41,550 nucleotides of DNA, taken from the IMG/VR virus record IMGVR_UViG_3300034236_000021; one strand, written 5' to 3'. Below the pieces are notes generated by a model, which worked only from the letters and a program-made list of their open reading frames with translations, was not told the origin of the DNA and ran no database searches. Each line of letters opens with the position of its first letter. The first letter of the stretch is position 1. The stretch is from a virus. Below, in pieces: positions 34,001 to 39,760 of this stretch. Made by a program: the position numbers and the translations under genes.

Positions 34001-35107
34001 CTGTACTGGCGGCTTCATAGGAGGCGGCACTTGTGGGGCCGTTGCTAGAGCGGCTTGTGGCCGAGGACGAATAGGCATAGGCTGTGGTGTCCGCTCTGCA
34101 AGTCGCAGTGGGTCGAGTGCTCCAGCGGGAACTGAACCGGCCGAGGCCTGGTTCTTACTGCGTTGCCTGACAGTATCCAGCATAAGGTTCACCTTCTCCA
34201 GTTGGTCTACCTTACTACCAGTAGCAAGTTCTATCCCGTTCCGTTTTGCAACGTCACGACTTCTTGCAATAGTATCTGATAGCTCGCGGCCCGAAAGCTG
34301 CTTTGCTCCTGCGAGGTGATTAGACAACGCCTCAAGTGTATATTGATCGTTTAGCTGGACACGGGGAGTAAACGCCCGTTGCTCGACCTTCTGGGCGGTT
34401 TGGGCAGTCTTTGCGGCGCCAGCCTTCACAACAGGGGCGGCCTTTCTCGCAGCTGCTCCAACTACAGGGATGGCGCCACCAAGTGCCGCGCCATACTTAG
34501 CGCCGGTTACAGCGCTCTCCTGTAAACCCTGCCTAGTAATAGGCTGGTTGCCTTCGCCGATGTACGCCGCAACATTACCCGCTGCTCCTGCCGGAGCCCC
34601 GACTGCCGCACCTGAAATAACTTTGGGTATAACCTTCGGTACTGCTTTTGGTAGTACTTTGGTTGCCGCTTGGGTTACTAATTTGGAGCTGCCGGGAGCG
34701 GCCACATTGACTACAGTACCAAGCGCCGCTCCTGCGAGCTGCCTTTTAGTACCTTTATAGTCAACCATGCTGTTGAAGCCCGGTATCTTTCCATAGGATT
34801 GCTGTGTAAATTGCTGCGCGTCAAGGGTAGGCCGACCAGCTAATTTGTTTAGGGCGTTATACGCGCCCTGGTTTAAGCCAATACTCAGCTGTGCTGCGGG
34901 CTTCGTCACAGTACCAACCGCGTTTGTCAGCCCGTTATGTGTTGCTTGCTGGATTACTGATGAATGGGCGCGAGGAGCTGGTGCGTTGTCCATGACCGTG
35001 CGGTAGGTGCGCCCGTTGTCTAGTGGATTAACCTGAGCAACGGTTGCCCCTACTCCACGCTCTACCTTTTTCTTTGCATTACTAAGCCAAGGTACTAGGG
35101 ATGCCAT
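31070..35107 (-). CDS. Very large virion protein (1345 aa), internal/ejection-type
   Basis: Size. Ala/Gly/Lys-rich with several hydrophobic Gly/Ala stretches. AAGGAGG RBS. No enzymatic motif recognised. Confidence 0.6.
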   Translation of the reverse strand: MASLVPWLSNAKKKVERGVGATVAQVNPLDNGRTYRTVMDNAPAPRAHSSVIQQATHNGLTNAVGTVTKPAAQLSIGLNQGAYNALNKLAGRPTLDAQQFTQQSYGKIPGFNSMVDYKGTKRQLAGAALGTVVNVAAPGSSKLVTQAATKVLPKAVPKVIPKVISGAAVGAPAGAAGNVAAYIGEGNQPITRQGLQESAVTGAKYGAALGGAIPVVGAAARKAAPVVKAGAAKTAQTAQKVEQRAFTPRVQLNDQYTLEALSNHLAGAKQLSGRELSDTIARSRDVAKRNGIELATGSKVDQLEKVNLMLDTVRQRSKNQASAGSVPAGALDPLRLAERTPQPMPIRPRPQAALATAPQVPPPMKPPVQTLTAPAGDMSLPPNQAVATFDPVSKQKTSRYAGKTVPESEFVSEQVRRDVKAGAPQYDVQTERARYTDSLGRLKAQGEDTFEIDVRTRLEAPSGKISSQDVADTQSLAAILDAKADPASLQKATELYERLSEHLTAAGQTVQAAAILSRRTPEGLRYWATKQLNQAGVKVTPELQTQLNALIAKTKTATDKQRAVFEVQKLVNDNIPSGAGDRIINFWRAGLLTAPTTTAGNLLGNTGEALVRKGFVNPVATGADMLMSLATGKRTQTLALPGAAGSGFKEGAKTLPDYIKTGYDPRNNGQKYEQKADLSYGNSPFGKALGGYVNGVYRLMGTADAPFSTSAQKEALSSIAKAEATNRGLKGNARSSFVQKFMANPPTQALERATKESDYATFKNKTILGNMASGLKRSAGPAKPVVDFVIPFTQVPSAIATRLVERTPVGIAKEMVTQIKAVKAGEPFDQRAMSQAIGNGTFGVVAIGAGLALAKAGDMTFGYPRDEKERKLWEAEGKQPYSVRVGNRWYSLNYLQPFGMLLAIGGDIHDSGQEGKGTTDKTFSAIATAAQAMQEQSFLKGISGVLDAINDPDGTAKKFVENSTSSLTPNFVRSAARAADEIQRKPEGIIEGIKSGVPGLRGQTAPKTDLFGQPLPAKDNFLNQYVNPFKPSLVREGDAVSQELRALKDVDMGAIPSQIKSDTFGKDTKLEKPQLKALQDQVGQQVGAGWKSLVATPEYKALGDEEQKKALANLSKDILAVEKAKYAAENQVGQYAPGYEGEEKKLSFGQKQLAQGKFNPKSYTQTEEQKETEFYSSPEAEYIAAKDKYDQDKSEGKITEVKDITRKRKLQKLEVGSKYDKNVRDLYEMNKSEISKYLESKGNDTDLVGRLLDYDDALTKAGLQEKSKLRDKYGNVSIKPKAKGEGQAKARSAKAIGLALKTPTIGRARQSTIKASRPSIPKFTASVRTPKLRRAKLVQTSRKVS

Positions 35108-35118
35108 AGTAGGCCTCC

Positions 35119-36282
35119 TTAGTATCCAAGAGCGTTATTTTGCCGACGCTGGTTCAGCAAAGAGTACAAGGCGGGGGATATGTTATCTGTGTAAGCACTG
35201 TCATTCGTCATCCCTGCCCCAAGCGGTTGCTCGTAGTTGTACTGTTGCAGGTTCGGGTTGGCGTAAGTAGGCTGCTGTACGTTTATTGGTGCAGCGTACT
35301 GTGCGCCAAGATTTACGATGTCACCCTGTAAGGAGTCAATCTGGTTCATGTAAGGGTTGGCAGCGGCTAGAGCGGCAGCACTGTTTCCGCCCTGGGCTAG
35401 ACTCCGCTGGGAGTTCAGCTCTGCTAGTTGCTGTAGTATAGAAGCCCGCTTTTCTGCCACGCCTGCCTTTAGGGACTGCCTGTTTTGGAATGCGCCCTGG
35501 TCAAGCTCTTGCTTCGACTGTTCCACACCGGTTGAGTAGTTGTTCCAGTTTGTGTCAAGGTCTTGCATGTTCTGCTGGTAAGCGTCACCAACTTGCCTCA
35601 ATTGCTGCGTTCCTTGTAGGGCAGCTGCGTAAGGGGCTGCAACACGAGCTGCGCTGGAGTTACCGGCACCTTTAGCACCCAGAAGGCGCTGCAAGCCATT
35701 GGCCTGCCGTCCGACTGACGCGTTGATGTCATTACGGGTATTTATATTATCTTGTGTAGAACGAGACCTAGTTGTGTCAAACTGCTGCTTGGCTTGTGTC
35801 TGGCCACTCATCAGGCGATTTAGTGCGCTGCTGTAGGAGCTGTTGATATTCTCATCGCCAACTTGCTGCTGTCGGTCTAACAAGCCAAGTGAATTGGTTG
35901 CGCGACCAATACCTGAGTTAAGAACGGCTATGTCGTTAGGATTAACACTAGAATAGCCATTAGACCCACCGTTACTAACCTGAGCCCCGGTTGTGCCTCC
36001 TGGGTTTTGAGATGTGGTACTGGCGCTATCATCAACAGCCCCAGGTACCGCATTGCCTCCTCGTTGCATCCCGGGCACACCTGGGAGGCCATTGGTCATT
36101 GTTACGCCTTGGTTCATGGAGGCGTTAGGGTTGGTTATGTTAGACGCTTGTCTGAAATACCCTTGGGCCGAGCGATCTGCACCCACTACGTCTGCAACAG
36201 CGCCCGCACCACGGAATGCGGTCGCCGTAGTGGGCTGGATTATATTGCGGCCAATCCAATTTGAACTACCATAAAAAGCCAT
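35119..36282 (-). CDS. Gln/Asn/Gly-rich virion protein (387 aa)
   Basis: AGGAG RBS. Low-complexity Q/N-rich composition. Lies upstream of the 1345-aa protein. Confidence 0.6.
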   Translation of the reverse strand: MAFYGSSNWIGRNIIQPTTATAFRGAGAVADVVGADRSAQGYFRQASNITNPNASMNQGVTMTNGLPGVPGMQRGGNAVPGAVDDSASTTSQNPGGTTGAQVSNGGSNGYSSVNPNDIAVLNSGIGRATNSLGLLDRQQQVGDENINSSYSSALNRLMSGQTQAKQQFDTTRSRSTQDNINTRNDINASVGRQANGLQRLLGAKGAGNSSAARVAAPYAAALQGTQQLRQVGDAYQQNMQDLDTNWNNYSTGVEQSKQELDQGAFQNRQSLKAGVAEKRASILQQLAELNSQRSLAQGGNSAAALAAANPYMNQIDSLQGDIVNLGAQYAAPINVQQPTYANPNLQQYNYEQPLGAGMTNDSAYTDNISPALYSLLNQRRQNNALGY

Positions 36283-36299
36283 ATGAACTCCTCGAAAGA

Positions 36300-36323
36300 T
36301 AGAGAAGTTTTAGGATTTGGCTA
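36300..36323. repeat. 24-bp perfect inverted repeat, left arm (tagagaagttttaggatttggcta)
   Basis: Exact reverse complement of 37257-37280. The inner 3 nt are the TAG stop of the CAP gene. Confidence 0.95.
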
Positions 36324-36824
36324 CTTTACGAAATGCTGTACGATTAGTGTTTCACCTATTTTGTTCTTGCAGATTCCAAAACCAATATTCGTAAAACGCT
36401 TGTCTAGTATGTTGTCCTTGTGTGTCTTGCTATTCATCCACCCGCTAATCGCCTCATCAACACTATCATTGCCTTTGTAGAGGTTCTCGGCCGCAACATC
36501 ATACTCGGAAACGGTTTTCTTTATAAATACCCAAGGCTCGGTACCCTCTGGCGAGTTATGGCTCCAGTAGTCTTTTGTTGCCATATCCTGGCATTTGGCC
36601 AAAGCCGAGGCATTAAGGCGTTCGTCTAACGCCGTCCTACTCACCCCCACCTCAGCCCTTTCTGAGTTAGTTCGCCTCCATAGGTCATATACTACAAGGC
36701 TGTTCGCACTTGAATTGCCCGGTTTACTCATTGTAGGTTTTATCGTCGAATCACGGATTGACGCGCCAATCCAGGTAAAAACTATAGCGACGAGCGCTAG
36801 CAAAGCAATGTGCTTGCGGTTCAT
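36321..36824 (-). CDS. CAP/SCP (YkwD-like, PR-1 superfamily) domain protein with N-terminal signal anchor (167 aa)
   Basis: LWRRTNSERAEVGVSRTALDERLNASALAKCQDMATKDYWSH...AENL...AISGWMNSKTHKDNIL...FTNIGFG matches the CAP/SCP pattern. N-terminal IALLALVAIVFTWIG. Confidence 0.8.
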   Translation of the reverse strand: MNRKHIALLALVAIVFTWIGASIRDSTIKPTMSKPGNSSANSLVVYDLWRRTNSERAEVGVSRTALDERLNASALAKCQDMATKDYWSHNSPEGTEPWVFIKKTVSEYDVAAENLYKGNDSVDEAISGWMNSKTHKDNILDKRFTNIGFGICKNKIGETLIVQHFVK

Positions 36825-36832
36825 GCTAATAA

Positions 36833-36875
36833 CTTATACAGTAATTCACTTGATTTGTCAATCCTCTGATACAAT
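36833..36875. promoter_or_regulatory. Back-to-back divergent promoters inside the cassette
   Basis: Minus strand: TTGACA (36861-56) - 17 nt - TATAAG (36838-33) with an upstream TG, and the ATG follows 8 nt later (near-leaderless). Plus strand: extended -10 TGaTACAAT (36867-75), then a GGGGA RBS. Confidence 0.6.
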
Positions 36876-36899
36876 CATTAGCATAAGCAGGGGAATAGG

Positions 36900-37259
36900 A
36901 TGAGCGTACTTGGAAAAATAGTGGGAGGCCTCTTCCTCCTATTCGTGGCATTTTGCATCGGCGCTACTGTCGGTGATACGACAGCCAGGAACGAGCTAAC
37001 GCAAAAGAATACCGAGGCAAGCGCTCAGCTCAACCAGGCTATTGCCGAACGTGACAAGTCGTTAGCGGAGCTACGAGGAGTTCACGAAGACCTTATTGCG
37101 AAATGGAACCAGCAACAGAATGACATTGGCGCGGGAAAGTATACCCGTACACAGTATGTGCAATCGCCTAATTACTCGAGCATATTCCCTAAAACTACTA
37201 GATGCGAAACGCGAGACTCTTACTACACGAACGGTGGCTTTACTACCACATGCCAATAG
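36900..37259 (+). CDS. Membrane-anchored coiled-coil protein (119 aa)
   Basis: N-terminal TM IVGGLFLLFVAFCIGATV, coiled-coil middle, C-terminus with 2 Cys. Plus strand with its own promoter. Confidence 0.7.
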   Translation: MSVLGKIVGGLFLLFVAFCIGATVGDTTARNELTQKNTEASAQLNQAIAERDKSLAELRGVHEDLIAKWNQQQNDIGAGKYTRTQYVQSPNYSSIFPKTTRCETRDSYYTNGGFTTTCQ

Positions 37260-37280
37260 CCAAATCCTAAAACTTCTCTA
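37257..37280. repeat. 24-bp perfect inverted repeat, right arm (tagccaaatcctaaaacttctcta)
   Basis: Exact reverse complement of 36300-36323. The first 3 nt are the TAG stop of 36900..37259. Confidence 0.95.
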
Positions 37281-37318
37281 ATTGTTAAGATACTATTTTC
37301 TAAATAGCACCTCATGTG

Positions 37319-37430
37319 TCGTGACCCGTTGGTTACTGGCCTGTGCGAACCACGCCTGTATGCGTTAACGTTCTCTTGCACTTGGAACTATACTTAGCTC
37401 GTTCGTGACTCGTTGGTTTAAGAGCCTGTG
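37319..37430. repeat. Imperfect direct repeat tcgtgac[c/t]cgttggtt-n4/5-gcctgtg (37319-45 and 37403-30)
   Basis: 15/16 and 7/7 matches with an 84-nt period. Related tcgtggcccgt at 37750-60 and ttcgtgact at 37812-20. Confidence 0.7.
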
Positions 37431-37494
37431 TCGCGGTACATTGTATTGCCTAAGGCGTACGGCGAGCTGTGATAGTCTGATTATATCACTATTT

Positions 37495-37514
37495 AAAAAA
37501 GCCCCTTAGGGCTT
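37495..37514 (-). terminator. Intrinsic terminator (minus strand)
   Basis: Minus strand reads AAGCCC-TAAG-GGGCTT-TTTT. Confidence 0.65.
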
Positions 37515-37620
37515 TCATACTAGAGTGTCAGTTAATGGGGTGAGTGTGCCACGTAAGACAAAACCGCTTATGTTATCCACAGATATAGCTTCCACATTCT
37601 TGTTAGTAACAACATTGGGG

Positions 37621-37650
37621 TTGACCCAATCCGTTGAACGCATGTAATAT
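37621..37650 (+). promoter_or_regulatory. Promoter TTGACC-18-TAATAT for the plus-strand sRNA
   Basis: ttgacc at 37621-26 and taatat at 37645-50. The predicted +1 (~37657) coincides with the first base of the 5' hairpin. Confidence 0.6.
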
Positions 37651-37656
37651 ATGAAT

Positions 37657-37750
37657 GCAAGCACGCGCTTGTTAGCACCCCCACCAAGTGTGCTTGCACA
37701 TTATCCTTCGTAGCGAGAAAGATTTAACCGGCTGATATGGCCGGTTTTTT
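37657..37750 (+). ncRNA. Candidate sRNA (~94 nt): 5' hairpin with C-rich loop, single-stranded ACAUUAUCCUUCGUAGCGA, intrinsic terminator
   Basis: Stem gcaagcac (37657-64) / gtgcttgc (37690-97) with loop uuagcacccccac. Terminator AACCGGC-tgatatg-GCCGGTT-TTTT (37726-50). Contains no ATG. Confidence 0.6.
37698..37716. repeat. 19-nt perfect direct repeat, copy 1 (acattatccttcgtagcga)
   Basis: Identical to 37847-37865. The flanking bases differ on both sides. Confidence 0.95.
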
Positions 37751-37779
37751 CGTGGCCCGTGAAGGTATGAAATCGTAAG

Positions 37780-37921
37780 CATAAGAAAAGACCGGCAAGA
37801 TGCCGGTCTACTTCGTGACTTCGAGCTACCCCAATGTAGATCAATAACATTATCCTTCGTAGCGATACGTCGGTAGGGCGGTATACTCTCAAAACCCTCT
37901 TGGCAAGGCCTTGCCGCGATT
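37780..37921 (-). ncRNA. Candidate sRNA (~140 nt) convergent with the plus-strand sRNA; carries UCGCUACGAAGGAUAAUGU
   Basis: Predicted +1 ~37921. 5' palindromic hairpin GGCAAGGCCTTGCC. Terminator GACCGGCA-tct-TGCCGGTC-TTTTCTT (37808-37780). The terminator lies inside the 74-aa track ORF, which argues against that ORF. Confidence 0.55.
37847..37865. repeat. 19-nt perfect direct repeat, copy 2
   Basis: Identical to 37698-37716. Confidence 0.95.
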
Positions 37922-37927
37922 GCATTT

Positions 37928-37957
37928 AGTATAATCCCATACCTTTCAGTCTGTCAA
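37928..37957 (-). promoter_or_regulatory. Promoter TTGACA-18-TATACT for the minus-strand sRNA
   Basis: Reverse complement of 37952-57 (TTGACA) and 37928-33 (TATACT), just downstream of the fibre gene stop. Confidence 0.6.
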
Positions 37958-37969
37958 CAACGGTGCTGC

Positions 37970-39760
37970 TTATCTAGTCAAAGCCCGTCCATTACCAAAC
38001 GCTACACACTGGTAGTCTAGGTGTATTAGGTCAGTAGCCACAACACCTGAGTTAGTAGTATTGATAGCAGCTCCAGTTTCCCTACCGGTAGCGGTTGGGA
38101 TATTAGTCGTAAGAGTGTCTGTCCACAGTAAGGTGCCACTATCGTTAAATATTTCAAAAGTAATGCTGGTAGCTCCAGCGTTTACTGTTACTCGTGATCG
38201 ATACCACGTAGCTACCGTCAGCGTATAAGTTGTGCCAGTACTGCTACGGGTATTAGCAGTCGCAGTTTTGCCGGTAGCCACACCAGCCGAGTCTATTTCA
38301 ATATAGGCACCATCGGCCGCGTCAGCGCTACTTGAAGTATCGAGAAAGCCCATACGAGTAGTAGTGGCAGTAAAAACTTCTGGCATCCAGATACATTCAA
38401 AGACTTCACCGCCTCCTAATAGTATTTGGGCGGTGTTAAGAGCTACAGTATAGCCGGAATTGGTTGTTGTTGAGCTACGGAGCCTCACTTGTCCCGGATG
38501 AGAGGCAGTTACACGGCCAGCATTGGGTGCATTTATCGTACCTGATGCTATGGCGATACCCGAGAATGGGTCAATCATGTTTGAAGAGCTAAGCCCTGCA
38601 AAGTCTGAGTAGTAAATAGGCTTTTTACGTATAGCATCCATCATCGCGTAGCCGTAATCTATATAGGCCGAGACATTATTAGGAGTAGACGAATCTTTTT
38701 GCCACTTTACGTTTTGCCCGCCAGCAGGAGCAGCAACTACGGAATCACTTAGATTGGCGTCAGTCGCGGCAACACCGTTGACGCTGACACTGTCTCCAGA
38801 GCCGCCTGAAGGCGTAGACCAAGTACCGTCACCGCGTAGGTAGGTACTAGAACTTGGTGTACCAGTCGCACTTATTCCAGTACTAACTGGCAGGCCTGTA
38901 GCGTTGGTTAAGACTGCTGCACTAGGCGTTCCAAGTGCAGGAGTAACTAATGTTGGCGATGTTCCGCGTACTATGGAACCGGTGCCAGTTGTCGTATTTC
39001 CTAGTAGGGTTACATTTGGATCATAAGCCTGTACGTCAGTCCCGATTACAAGCCCCAAGTTCGTACGAGCGCCCGCCGCGGTACTAGCCCCAGTGCCACC
39101 ATCAGCCACTGCCACGTCAGTACCACCCGGAGCATATTTTCCATCCAGGGTTGCCTGCAAGCCAGTAACTGTACTGATTGCCTGAGCGCCCGTGTGGTTA
39201 GTCCGATTCTTTAGGTTCGCGTCAGTGTCGTTAGCCGTTGCACCAGTAGCAATGCCCGCAACTTTAGTTTTCTCCGTAGCTGTATAGGCTTTGTTAGTCG
39301 TTCCGTCTGGCACTGCATCTTGGTTAAGCGCCTGCATTGTCTTATCGCCCCGGTAATATTGAGATGACGTTCCTGCGGCAATGGTAGTCTCTTTTGTGTC
39401 CAACTGGCTCTTATTCACAGCGTCAGCGGCGTTCGTACCATTGGCTAGACTAGTGACCTTATTCCCATTAACGTCTACTCCGGCTGCTTCAGTAATGGTA
39501 GCCACAGTTGTGCCAGCGCTATTCTTCAACCGTATACCAGCTCCTGCGCTCCGAAGGTCCGTATGGTCTGATGTGGATACATTCAGTATATCTGGGTTGT
39601 TACCAATGCTATCCGTTCCCTTTATGGGTATGTTATGCGGCATGTAGAACGATGTATAGCCTTGGACGCTACCCCCAGCGATGCTATCAAGAAATGCACT
39701 TTGGTTTTGTTTGCCGACCAATTCAGCAGCTAGGTCGGATTCTTGTATATGTGTTCCCAT
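37970..39760 (-). CDS. Tail fibre / receptor-binding protein (596 aa) with lectin-like C-terminal domain
   Basis: NKVTSLANGTNAADAVNKSQLD and TNHTGAQAISTVTGLQATLDGK fibre motifs. C-terminal ~200 aa is beta-rich and jelly-roll/LamG-like by composition. TAATG overlap with the GH81 stop. Confidence 0.75.
   Translation of the reverse strand: MGTHIQESDLAAELVGKQNQSAFLDSIAGGSVQGYTSFYMPHNIPIKGTDSIGNNPDILNVSTSDHTDLRSAGAGIRLKNSAGTTVATITEAAGVDVNGNKVTSLANGTNAADAVNKSQLDTKETTIAAGTSSQYYRGDKTMQALNQDAVPDGTTNKAYTATEKTKVAGIATGATANDTDANLKNRTNHTGAQAISTVTGLQATLDGKYAPGGTDVAVADGGTGASTAAGARTNLGLVIGTDVQAYDPNVTLLGNTTTGTGSIVRGTSPTLVTPALGTPSAAVLTNATGLPVSTGISATGTPSSSTYLRGDGTWSTPSGGSGDSVSVNGVAATDANLSDSVVAAPAGGQNVKWQKDSSTPNNVSAYIDYGYAMMDAIRKKPIYYSDFAGLSSSNMIDPFSGIAIASGTINAPNAGRVTASHPGQVRLRSSTTTNSGYTVALNTAQILLGGGEVFECIWMPEVFTATTTRMGFLDTSSSADAADGAYIEIDSAGVATGKTATANTRSSTGTTYTLTVATWYRSRVTVNAGATSITFEIFNDSGTLLWTDTLTTNIPTATGRETGAAINTTNSGVVATDLIHLDYQCVAFGNGRALTR

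Noticed and set aside
37698-37865. The 19-nt direct repeat as a target-site duplication or attL/attR pair of an inserted element
   Set aside because: The 130 nt between the copies contains only two back-to-back terminators and no mobility gene. 19 nt is long for a TSD. I kept this as an alternative explanation within the sRNA finding rather than calling a mobile element.
37701-37925. 74-aa minus-strand ORF in the non-coding island
   Set aside because: Its ATG lies upstream of the predicted transcription start. It has no SD. Two intrinsic terminators lie inside it. The composition is Arg/Leu/His-rich and looks random. The region is better explained by the sRNA pair.
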